From: Methanobacteriota archaeon
GTDB taxonomy: Archaea > Thermoplasmatota > Thermoplasmata > SG8-5 > JAGLSY01
Length of the DNA stretch: 64,000 nt
Direction of reading: 5' to 3'
Assembly (NCBI GenBank): GCA_020697715.1
Contig: JAEHCO010000001.1
Span: forward strand, 32,001 to 96,000
The translations under genes and the position numbers were made by a program. Each line of letters begins with the position of its first letter. Within the stretch, counting starts at the first letter, position 1. This document shows, piece by piece, positions 10,715 to 19,590 of the stretch. The notes beneath the pieces were generated by a model. The model saw only the letters and a program-made list of their open reading frames with translations. It ran no database searches and was not told the DNA's origin.

Positions 10715-11773
10715 CTAGAAAGCGTTGATAATCGTGTCCAGATCTTCCTTCGTCAATCCCGGATGCACCGGCAGGCTCAGCACCTCTTCCGCGGCCTTAT
10801 CCGAGTTATCCAAGCCTTTGCTTCCATAATCAGATAGCAGGTCGAACTTGTGCAGGGATTTGGGGTAATACACACCTGATCCGACACCATTGTCCCTGAG
10901 CTTCTGGATGACATTGTCCCTATCCTGCACTCTTATCGTGTACTGGTGGAAAACATGGCGGTAGCCATCTGGTACGTATGGAGTGACGATGCCTTTTGCT
11001 TTCAATCCTTCTGTTAAGTAAGCGGCATTTGCGATCCTGGCCTTGGTCATTTCTTCAAGTTTGGCAAGCTGGACAACGCCGATGGAGGCCGCGATGTCGG
11101 TCATTCTGAAATTGTATCCCAGGAATTCGTACACATAGCGGTCGGCCATGCCGTGGTTCCTGAACTTCTTGGCCAGGTCGTTTATCTCATCATCATTTGT
11201 CGTGATGATGCCGCCCTCGCCGGTTGTCATGTTCTTTGTTGGATAGAAGCTGAAACTGGCTGCATCTCCCATGGAGCCAGTGGTCTTCCCGTTCATGGCA
11301 GCTCCGTGAGCCTGGCATGAGTCTTCGAGAATCTTTAGACCATGCTGAACACCGAGCTTGTTTATCTTCTCCATGTCAGCTGACAGTCCGAAAATATGGA
11401 CTGGCATGATGGCCTTTGTTCTTGGAGTTATCTTCTCAGCTATTGAATCAGGAGAGATATTGAAGGTCTTTGGATCTATATCCGCGAAGACCGGGGTCGC
11501 TCCCGTGAATAAGATGGATGTCGCACTGGCCACGAAGCTGAAAGGAGTTGTTATGACCTCATCGCCCTTGCCGATGCCCATTGATAATAGGGCGAGGTGA
11601 AGGGCCTGGGTTCCGTTTCCCACCGCGATGCCGTGTTTCGCTCCGCAGTACTCGGCGAATTTTTCTTCCAATTCGGCGACTTTCTTTCCCTGAGCCAGCA
11701 TACCGGATTGCATAACGGCTTTCACTGCCTCGAACTCGTCATCCCCTATCTGGGGGCTTGCTACGTTTATCAT
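10715..11773 (-). CDS. DegT/DnrJ/EryC1/StrS sugar aminotransferase (WbpE-like)
   Basis: FSFYPTKNMTTGEGG PLP-lysine motif; GYNFRMTD. Confidence 0.92.
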   Translation of the reverse strand: MINVASPQIGDDEFEAVKAVMQSGMLAQGKKVAELEEKFAEYCGAKHGIAVGNGTQALHLALLSMGIGKGDEVITTPFSFVASATSILFTGATPVFADIDPKTFNISPDSIAEKITPRTKAIMPVHIFGLSADMEKINKLGVQHGLKILEDSCQAHGAAMNGKTTGSMGDAASFSFYPTKNMTTGEGGIITTNDDEINDLAKKFRNHGMADRYVYEFLGYNFRMTDIAASIGVVQLAKLEEMTKARIANAAYLTEGLKAKGIVTPYVPDGYRHVFHQYTIRVQDRDNVIQKLRDNGVGSGVYYPKSLHKFDLLSDYGSKGLDNSDKAAEEVLSLPVHPGLTKEDLDTIINAF

Positions 11774-11774
11774 A

Positions 11775-12404
11775 TTACAATCTCCTGTGATCTTTTGGTG
11801 TTTCGCCTATTTGTCTAGCTGGCACACCTGCCATGATGGCGAAGTCCGGTACATCCTTCGTAACTACCGCGCCAGCTCCAATAACCGTATCCCTGCCGAT
11901 CTTCACTCCTGGCAGGATCGTCGTATTGGCTCCTATCCTGGCATGGTCACCGACTCTCGCTCCTATCAAATTGATATCACCGCGACCCATGTACTTGTCA
12001 TTCGTGAAGCACGCGCGTGGTCCGATAAAGACATCGTCGCCGATTATCGTGTTCGTTGGAATGTAAACACCTGTCTGGATGGATGTGCGATTCCCGATCT
12101 TGCACTGGTCCTCGATGACCGTGCTGGTACCGATTATAACCTGGTCGCCGATCTCTGTTTCTTCCCTTATGAGAGCGTGATGGCCAGTCTGGCATCTATC
12201 ACCCATTTTCACATCCGTGTAGATGATCGTGTAATCCCTTATAACGCAGTTCTCTCCAAGTATCGAGCCGCGGGTCTCATTCTCGCGACCAGATATCATC
12301 AGTTCTTTGTCATGCTTTCCTGGATGGCCGATAACAGCAGTTTCTGCCACATATGTTCCATCACCTAGCTTGGTATCTCCAAGTATCCTTCCCATATTCA
12401 TCAC
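11775..12404 (-). CDS. hexapeptide-repeat N-acetyltransferase (WbpD-like)
   Basis: Left-handed beta-helix hexapeptides, FTND, IGAGAVVTKDVP...GVPAR. Confidence 0.88.
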   Translation of the reverse strand: MMNMGRILGDTKLGDGTYVAETAVIGHPGKHDKELMISGRENETRGSILGENCVIRDYTIIYTDVKMGDRCQTGHHALIREETEIGDQVIIGTSTVIEDQCKIGNRTSIQTGVYIPTNTIIGDDVFIGPRACFTNDKYMGRGDINLIGARVGDHARIGANTTILPGVKIGRDTVIGAGAVVTKDVPDFAIMAGVPARQIGETPKDHRRL

Positions 12405-13408
12405 TCCAGATCAATTTTCCTTCCAGTTTTAACGGATTCTATCGCGGCCTGGCAGACCTTGATCGTCTCCAGACCATCCTCACCGGATACGAGCGGTTCT
12501 CTCTTGTCCCGAATTGCTTCGAGGAAATCCACCAGTTCGTTCATGAGAGGTTCTTTCTTTCTTAGTGAAATGTCACGTATATCGAATTCAAGTGGGATAT
12601 GCGACATATCTGAATTATCAAAAGCACGTACCTGGGAGGATGATATCCTCGCACTCTGAGTGATATAATCAAGCTCAACAAAGTTCTTCATGCACGTGAG
12701 CGAGAGCTTGCGCACTTTCATGGGTGTCAACCAATTTATCTCGATGAAGCCAGTTGTACCGTTTTCGAAGTCAAGAAGTATGTTCGCATGATCCTCGAAA
12801 ACATCATTGGCCTGCTTTCCACCAAGTGCATAGACGCTCTTGATCGGGCTGCCGATGAGATAGCGGAGAGCATCGATATCATGAACACCCAGATCCATTA
12901 CCACTCCCACATCCCGTATCCTTGCCGGGAAGGAACTAACGCGCCTGGCGGTGATAGTTACCACATCACCGAACTTCTTGGAAGCTATGGCTTCCTTGCC
13001 GAACTTCACCACTGGATTATGCCTCTCGATAAGACCGACCGCGAGGGTGAGGTTCGCATCCCTTGCCGCATTGATCAATGTCTGGGATTCCTCAATAGTG
13101 GAGCAGATGGGCTTCTCGATAAGCACATGCTTTCCAGCCGCGATCGCATCCATCGCGATCTGAAAATGCGTAACTGTCGGAGTCGCTATTGACACCGCTT
13201 CGATGTCAGAGGCAAGAAGTTCATGATAATCCTCATATGCCTTTGCTCCGAACTTTTCCGCAAGCTCACCGGCTGTCTTGAAATCCACATCGGATATTGC
13301 ATCCAGAACACCAATATCTGAATATACCCGGGCGTGGTTTCGACCCATTGAGCCAACACCTATAACTCCTACACTTATCTTACCTTCAAAGCTAGTCATC
13401 GCGAGCAC
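12401..13408 (-). CDS. Gfo/Idh/MocA oxidoreductase (WbpB-like nucleotide-sugar 3-dehydrogenase)
   Basis: GVGSMG Rossmann motif, EKP, DLGVHD; operon with the acetyltransferase and aminotransferase. Confidence 0.88.
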   Translation of the reverse strand: MLAMTSFEGKISVGVIGVGSMGRNHARVYSDIGVLDAISDVDFKTAGELAEKFGAKAYEDYHELLASDIEAVSIATPTVTHFQIAMDAIAAGKHVLIEKPICSTIEESQTLINAARDANLTLAVGLIERHNPVVKFGKEAIASKKFGDVVTITARRVSSFPARIRDVGVVMDLGVHDIDALRYLIGSPIKSVYALGGKQANDVFEDHANILLDFENGTTGFIEINWLTPMKVRKLSLTCMKNFVELDYITQSARISSSQVRAFDNSDMSHIPLEFDIRDISLRKKEPLMNELVDFLEAIRDKREPLVSGEDGLETIKVCQAAIESVKTGRKIDLE

Positions 13409-13558
13409 CTAAGATACAATAGATATAAAGTTTTACCTTTTATGACATAAGATGATAAATGAATAAAAATTATAAGTGGGCTGAGGCGGATCGAGAAAAA
13501 TACGAAGCTTTTTTCGACATAGCCTCGGTTCACGATTAAAATCAAAAAGAAAACAAAG

Positions 13559-13700
13559 TGGGCCGAGGCGGATTTGAACCGCCGATCTTCGCCTTGCTGA
13601 TTGCATGTCAGAAATTTCTGGCATGCAACTGTAAGGGCGACGTCAGATGGAGTGAAATGTAAGCGAACTTGCCATTTCAAAACCCCTAGACCACCGGCCC
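13559..13700 (-). tRNA. tRNA-Val(TAC) with two introns (D-loop ~13647-13680; canonical 37/38 at 13595-13629)
   Basis: Acceptor GGGCCGG/TCGGCCC-A, anticodon arm TCGCC CT-TAC-AA GGCGA, T arm GGCGG TTCAAAT CCGCC; both inserts fold into BHB-like motifs. Confidence 0.9.
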
Positions 13701-13812
13701 GCGGTATTTCGGGGATTGGCGAAGTGGTATTTATTTCTGTGGTTTGATATGGTTTTTGTCAAAACCTTTAAAATGATGGTGGATATCACCTTAACATCCA
13801 CAGCAAGAGTAT

Positions 13813-13945
13813 GCGAGGGTAGCTAAGCATGGTCAAATTGACCTGCAACCACTGACGAATCAACAGCGTTTGCAATCAAGGCTAACGGCGATAGACTCAA
13901 GATCTATTCCTTAGTGGTTCGCCGGTTCAAATCCGGTCCCTCGCA
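13813..13945 (+). tRNA. tRNA-Leu(CAA) with a 49-nt non-canonical intron at 21/22 (13837-13885)
   Basis: Acceptor GCGAGGG/CCCTCGC-A, ATAGA CT-CAA-GA TCTAT, long variable arm, GGTTCAAATCC; removing the intron restores GGTCAA|CGGCG and gives 84 nt. Confidence 0.92.
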
Positions 13946-14124
13946 CCTTTTTATTTTTTGAGATAGCAGACTGTATTTTACACATACCCAGCAAGAATAT
14001 GAAGCGAACGAGCAGGGTCACCCGAGTTTTCTTTTGCAATGGAATACTTGTTCTTTTGGAGGGTGACCCAGCACAGTGAGCGTAAAAGAAAAGGCTTCCG
14101 TTTGAATCCGGTCCCTCGCACCTT
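13930..14124 (+). repeat. 20-bp direct repeat of the tRNA-Leu 3' end (13930-13949 and 14105-14124)
   Basis: Exact AATCCGGTCCCTCGCACCTT twice, 175 bp apart. Confidence 0.85.
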
Positions 14125-14833
14125 ATTTTACCATATTTTGTATCATCTCAACAAGCCTATCGATGATGACCTCATTGGCTTTTTCTCCGAATTCCTTCGA
14201 TGCAAGCTGGGGATCTCCCATGACACCAGTTGGGAAGTATTTTTCAGGGTGCTTGAGTATCATAAAAGGTGGGAAATTTGGATGATTGGATTCGGCAGTT
14301 CCCTTTACCAGATCAGGGCGTATGGCCATCACCCGCGAGGTCTCGATCATGCCCGCATGCCCGTCATTGACAGGTATCTCGATCTCGTTCATCGTGTACG
14401 CGATATCATAATCCGAAAGTACCATCAGATTAATGTCCTCATCATGGGCTTCCAGAACAGTCTCACCTGCAAGCTTCAGCGCGGTCATGTGAGTTCGTCC
14501 AGCATGACCGGATAGGACCACGATATTCCTGAATCCCATCCTGATCAACTCGGACAGGATGTCCTCCATCATCATCCGCAGAGTTTCGAATCTGAGTGTT
14601 ATGGTTCCCGGGAAGTTCTTGGTGCTCGAACACTGTCCGTATTTCAAAATAGGTAACAGATAGGCTCCCAATCGCTCTGAAACTACTTCCGCAACATATT
14701 GGGGTTGCAAACAATCGGTGGACAGGGGAAGATGTGGCCCATGCTCCTCTATCGCACCCAGTGGTAATATCGCGATAGAGCTCTCATTCACTTTTTCCCT
14801 TATCTCTTCAGTGGTCATTTCCTCCAATAACAT
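14123..14833 (-). CDS. creatininase family amidohydrolase
   Basis: PLGAIEEHGPHLPLSTD, FPGTI, GHAG and DGHAGMIETS motifs. Confidence 0.9.
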   Translation of the reverse strand: MLLEEMTTEEIREKVNESSIAILPLGAIEEHGPHLPLSTDCLQPQYVAEVVSERLGAYLLPILKYGQCSSTKNFPGTITLRFETLRMMMEDILSELIRMGFRNIVVLSGHAGRTHMTALKLAGETVLEAHDEDINLMVLSDYDIAYTMNEIEIPVNDGHAGMIETSRVMAIRPDLVKGTAESNHPNFPPFMILKHPEKYFPTGVMGDPQLASKEFGEKANEVIIDRLVEMIQNMVK

Positions 14834-15136
14834 GTTATCCCTCTTTACTAGTTCATGATTTTGTCCATGATTATTTCATGATTTTCTCATATTCATTCAT
14901 GATCGCTCATAGTCACTCATGATATACAAATGAAATCTTATAATTAACCTAAGGTAATCTTTATTATCAGTTAATCCATTATTGATTGTATAAATGGCAC
15001 ATAGGAGGCCTATTAGATAACTCCAGCAAATCCGTCAGCAGAAGCCTCAATAGTCTTTGAGCGACTTTTCTCAGATTATCTTCAGACCCTTTCAAAGAGC
15101 GGAAGCATTAATCTTCACATCAAGAAGCTTCAGAAG

Positions 15137-16693
15137 ATGGCTGAGACACTCACCATACTGAAAGGCGTCAGTATAAATGATGACGGCCAGGTATCCATGG
15201 ATCTCAGAGAATGGAGCATTGAGGATATCGTATCCACCATGAGCAAGGTGTTCGATTCGCTGATCGCGGTCTCCGCTATCACCAAAGGTGATGAAAAGGC
15301 CTACCTGGAAGCGGATGATTCCGTAATGAGGATAAAAAATCAATTCAAGTCCCAATTTGTCTCACTTGGCATAGAGAAGCATATCCTGAAGGGAGGTTTG
15401 AGATCCCATCTGGACGTGGGAATTGAAGGAGCGGATAAGGTATTGGGGGGAGGGATCCCCAAAGGCAATACCATATTATTGCTCGGACCACCTGGAAGTG
15501 AGAAATACTTATTCGCATACCAATATATAATCCAGGGACTGAGGGATGGAAGTGCATGTCTTATCAGCACATCGGTCACTGACCATAAAGGAATGAAGAA
15601 CAATCTTTCAAAGTTGAAGATCAAGCCATCCACATTCGAGGGCCAGGGATTATTGAAGACCATCGACTGGTATTCTTATAAGAAAGAAAATCTGGTGGGT
15701 GTGGAGGATGATGGAAATGTTTTCAGAGCGTCCAAGGACATAACCAATCTTGATATCGCGATAGGATCGGCTGTCAACAAGCTCTCCTTTGCCCCGACAA
15801 AAAGAGCGATGCTGGATATAATATCACCAGCACTCAATATCTATGATCATTCCATGGTCATAGAGTTCGTTCAAAAGGAGAAGAACCTATTGAAGACTAA
15901 GGGCTTCACGACACTTCTGGTGGTTGAGAGCGGAGCTCATGATGAAAGAACATTGTCCACTCTTAAACATCTTTCAGACGGTGTGTTGATTATCGAGAAA
16001 GGCAGCAAAGGCCAGCTTACATTCAAAGTAGAAGCTTTATCTGGCATGAAGTTCGACCAGAAGGCCCATCGCATCAAGGTGACCAAGAAAGGTCTGGAGA
16101 TCATTTCCAATGTGAAGGATGAAAGCTCCATATTACAGGATCTGCAAGAAATACCAGCGATTGACAAAATAACAGCAGAAAAACTTATCGAGGCTGGCTT
16201 CACCAGCATGGAAAAATTGGAAAAGGCGAAGAAGTCGGAACTGGAAAGTGTTACAGGCATTGATGCGAATGTGTCCAATAAGATCTACGAATACATACAT
16301 TCTGTAGAATATTCAAAGAAGATAATAGAGAGAAAGAGCCAGAACTGGGTAAGGAAAGGATTGCAATTCATTGGTAAAAAAGAGATAGACAAGGGAATGC
16401 AAAGTTTCCAGAGGGCGATAGAGATCCACCCCAAGAACTCAAGTGCGTGGCTGGAGATGGCCAGGCTTCTTTACAATGAAGGTAGCAAAGATGATTCCAG
16501 AAAATGCTTTGACAAAGCTTTGGAGATCGATCCCACATTGGCAAAAGAATGGTTCGATAAGACCGAGGTACAGGAAGCTGGATGGGGCTGTCCCGTATGT
16601 GGGTTCTACATAAAGGAAGAAAATATCGAATGCCCTGAATGTGGTGTCATATTCAGTGTTGAAGAAAGAGAGAGCCAGAGGGATCAAATATGA
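15137..16693 (+). CDS. KaiC/RAD55-like ATPase domain fused to HhH, TPR and zinc ribbon
   Basis: GIEGADKVLGGGIP, variant Walker A GPPGSEKY, LSDGVL, AEKLIEAGF (HhH), two TPRs, CPVC..CPEC; may start upstream at 15017. Confidence 0.8.
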   Translation: MAETLTILKGVSINDDGQVSMDLREWSIEDIVSTMSKVFDSLIAVSAITKGDEKAYLEADDSVMRIKNQFKSQFVSLGIEKHILKGGLRSHLDVGIEGADKVLGGGIPKGNTILLLGPPGSEKYLFAYQYIIQGLRDGSACLISTSVTDHKGMKNNLSKLKIKPSTFEGQGLLKTIDWYSYKKENLVGVEDDGNVFRASKDITNLDIAIGSAVNKLSFAPTKRAMLDIISPALNIYDHSMVIEFVQKEKNLLKTKGFTTLLVVESGAHDERTLSTLKHLSDGVLIIEKGSKGQLTFKVEALSGMKFDQKAHRIKVTKKGLEIISNVKDESSILQDLQEIPAIDKITAEKLIEAGFTSMEKLEKAKKSELESVTGIDANVSNKIYEYIHSVEYSKKIIERKSQNWVRKGLQFIGKKEIDKGMQSFQRAIEIHPKNSSAWLEMARLLYNEGSKDDSRKCFDKALEIDPTLAKEWFDKTEVQEAGWGCPVCGFYIKEENIECPECGVIFSVEERESQRDQI

Positions 16694-17634
16694 GCTTGGG
16701 CAAGAAGGCCTTCGCCTCGGCTCCCTGTAGCTTGACATTATTGGGATATGACCTACACGATCATATTGGAACCTCTGTGGGGATCGCACTGGATAAGCGA
16801 ATAAAATGTGAGACCATGATATCGGAAAGCTTCATGGTCAATAACGATGTCTATGATGGGAACAAATATCCTTATGTTAGGGCGGCTCTGCTTCATGGAT
16901 GGAGCGATATTGACACCCCTGTCTCATTCGAGATAGATGATATTACGATCCCAGATAATGTCAGTGGCTATGGACCTGGACATATCGCCTCCACCCTGGG
17001 TTCCCTGTCAATGATGAACGACAATCTGATGTTCGAGGATATCTTATTGAAAGGCCATGAGATATTGAAGGAGAATGATAGCAAGATGGGGGTATTGGGA
17101 CTATCCACCGCTATCAATGGATATGGCACTGTATTATCCAATGAGATCGGCAAAGGCCACTTATGGAGTGTGGGAAAGGGGAAGAAAGCGAGGCACATCC
17201 ATCATCTCGACATGCCGGATATGACATTCGTTCTCGCATTTCAGAAGGGTGGATCTGGGAAAGAGGATTTCTCTGGAAAGTTCAATAATTTCGCCAGGCG
17301 TCAGAGTGGCTTCTTCAAAGACATGCTGAAGGATTCGGCAAAGCTGGCTAAAAAAGGTCTTCAGGCTTTGGAGCGTGGGGATATGGAAGGGCTTGGCCAG
17401 GCCATGAACGAGACCGACAAGTTGACGAAGACGATGGGCATGTACACGCCAGAACTGAAAGTCGTGGCCGACCTGTGCAGGAGCCAGGCATTTGGAGCGA
17501 GGCTTTGCATATCGGAGAAACATGCGTATGTGGTGACTTTGACCAATGAGCCGGAAGAATTGGCCAGCAATATCCGGGAAAAGGGACATATCGCGATGGT
17601 CGCTGGCATATCCCGCGATGGATTGCAGATATAA
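16690..17634 (+). CDS. divergent mevalonate kinase-like GHMP-fold protein
   Basis: ASAPCSLTLLG N-terminus and ALERGDMEGLGQAMN C-domain; the Gly-rich ATP motif is degenerate. Confidence 0.6.
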   Translation: MSLGKKAFASAPCSLTLLGYDLHDHIGTSVGIALDKRIKCETMISESFMVNNDVYDGNKYPYVRAALLHGWSDIDTPVSFEIDDITIPDNVSGYGPGHIASTLGSLSMMNDNLMFEDILLKGHEILKENDSKMGVLGLSTAINGYGTVLSNEIGKGHLWSVGKGKKARHIHHLDMPDMTFVLAFQKGGSGKEDFSGKFNNFARRQSGFFKDMLKDSAKLAKKGLQALERGDMEGLGQAMNETDKLTKTMGMYTPELKVVADLCRSQAFGARLCISEKHAYVVTLTNEPEELASNIREKGHIAMVAGISRDGLQI

Positions 17635-17723
17635 ACAAACACTCTAAAGGGTTGATAAATTTAGTCGTGTTAGTTTTTCTAATCGCTAGTAATACATTGA
17701 ATTTAGGCGATTAGAAAGAACCT

Positions 17724-17845
17724 AGTCGGTTGCCGTAAGCCCATCTATGAAAATTTAGCTTAACTCGAAGCCATATAAGCTTCGAGAAATCGGGTTTTAT
17801 GGCCTTGGATGAGAACATTCAGGCACTTTTTGGGCATGATAGTTC
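17724..17845 (+). repeat. structured dispersed repeat, family A copy 1
   Basis: CGGTTGCCGTAAG...TTATGGCC outer stem, internal hairpin CTCGAAGC/GCTTCGAG, 3' tail shared with the 37470 copy. Confidence 0.75.
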
Positions 17846-19588
17846 TCACATTTCTTCAGGGGCCACAATACCCAGCGTGTTCAGCGCGTTCTGAAGTACC
17901 ATCTTGGAGCATTTTACCAGATTCAAACGCGCCTCCATGATATCCGCTTCCGCGCTGAGAACCGGGCAATCTCTGTAAAATTGATTGAAGAGGGATGCCA
18001 GCTCGTAGGTGTATGACGCCACAAGGTGGGGTGTCCTGTCATCCGCGCATTTGATTATGAGTGAAGGGAACCTGGCCAGTGCTTTTATCAAGCTTATCTC
18101 GGACTCATGGATCAGAAGTCCGGGGTCGAAGTCATTCGGAGCATCCGTATTCCTCAGGATGCTGCTCGCTCTGGCATGGGAGTATTGAATGAAAGGCGCG
18201 CTATTTCCTTCAAAGTTCATGGCCTCCTCCCATTTGAAGGTCATTTGCTTTTCCGCCTGCACCCGGATGATATTGTAGCGTATGGCACCGACACCCACGG
18301 TCTCCGCTATGCCCAGCTTGATCTCTTCAGGAAGCTCCGGTCTTTTCTTTTCAACTTCCGCCAGTGCCCTTGACACGGCCTCTTCGATGAGGTCATCCAT
18401 GTAGACAACCTGGCCCTTGCGTGTGGACATCTTGCCCTCTGGCAAGGACACGAAGGCGTAGAATATGACCTCGACCTTTTTCTCATAATCCAGTACCTCA
18501 TTGAGGGCTATGCTGACTGCCTCTGCTTTGAGTTTGTGATCCTCACCCAGCACATTGATCATATGGTCAAAATTATTATGTTTATCAATGTGGTAAGCTA
18601 TGTCACGTGTTGTGTAAAGGGACGTACCATCACTTCTTGTAAGGAACAGCTTGTTCTCCCTACCATGTATACCGAATTTCTCAAGATCCAGATACAGCGC
18701 GCCATCATCCTCGCCTGTCGATTCACTGGCTCTCAGTTTTTCAACTACTTCCGCCACACTACCGTCCCTGACATATTTTGATTCCAGGTCGAATTTATCA
18801 TAATGAATATCCAATCTCATCATGGGAACCAACATCCCTTCCAAAATGTCCTCACAGTTCTTCTTCACCTTCTTGGATATGTCAGCCTCTCCATCTTCCT
18901 CATAAAGTGAAATGAGCTTATTGATCTCATTATTGATATTGGGATCCTCAGCCATCAGCCTGTTAGCTTCCTGGTAGAATTTCACGAACTTGTGGTCCGC
19001 CCTGTCGCTCTCCACATCCAATCCAGTGATATTCTCATGGCCCCAGGTGAGAATAACTAATTGTTTTCCCATGTCATCAACGTAAAAATGAACATCCAGA
19101 TCATATCCTCTTTTTCTCAGGATACGCGCCATCGTGTCCCCGATTATTGGATTGCGAGCCCGGCCTACATGAAGCGGGCCAGTTGGGTTCGCACTGGTAT
19201 GTTCGAGGATAATCTTGGGAGCCTGATCCTCGAATTCGAAGGAACCATATCTATCCTTCATGCGAAATACCATTTCCATGGTTTTCCCGGCCAGTACTTT
19301 CCTATCAATGTAAAAATTAACATAAGGGCCCACATTCTCTATCTTTTCGAATAGAGGATTCGCGCCAATGCCAGCCACCAATTTCTCGGCCAGTTCCTGT
19401 GGTTTCATACCCAGTGGCCCAGCTAATGAGAAACAAACAAAGGCATAATCACTGTGCTGGTGTAATTTCAATGGTGGTAGGTAGAGCTCATTCCCACCCA
19501 GGGAATCCAAGGCCTTTCTCATCTGGGCATTTGCTTCTTTATCGAATAAGGCCAGTGGGTTGAACTTTTCTAAATTATCGACATCCAT
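17846..19588 (-). CDS. argS: arginine--tRNA ligase
   Basis: EHTSANPTGPLHVGRARN (HIGH-like), KMSTRKG, C-terminal LGIVAPEEM. Confidence 0.97.
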   Translation of the reverse strand: MDVDNLEKFNPLALFDKEANAQMRKALDSLGGNELYLPPLKLHQHSDYAFVCFSLAGPLGMKPQELAEKLVAGIGANPLFEKIENVGPYVNFYIDRKVLAGKTMEMVFRMKDRYGSFEFEDQAPKIILEHTSANPTGPLHVGRARNPIIGDTMARILRKRGYDLDVHFYVDDMGKQLVILTWGHENITGLDVESDRADHKFVKFYQEANRLMAEDPNINNEINKLISLYEEDGEADISKKVKKNCEDILEGMLVPMMRLDIHYDKFDLESKYVRDGSVAEVVEKLRASESTGEDDGALYLDLEKFGIHGRENKLFLTRSDGTSLYTTRDIAYHIDKHNNFDHMINVLGEDHKLKAEAVSIALNEVLDYEKKVEVIFYAFVSLPEGKMSTRKGQVVYMDDLIEEAVSRALAEVEKKRPELPEEIKLGIAETVGVGAIRYNIIRVQAEKQMTFKWEEAMNFEGNSAPFIQYSHARASSILRNTDAPNDFDPGLLIHESEISLIKALARFPSLIIKCADDRTPHLVASYTYELASLFNQFYRDCPVLSAEADIMEARLNLVKCSKMVLQNALNTLGIVAPEEM

Positions 19589-19590
19589 CT

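Noticed and set aside
13433-13680. Small ORFs over the tRNA-Val locus
   Set aside because: Explained by the intron-containing tRNA gene.
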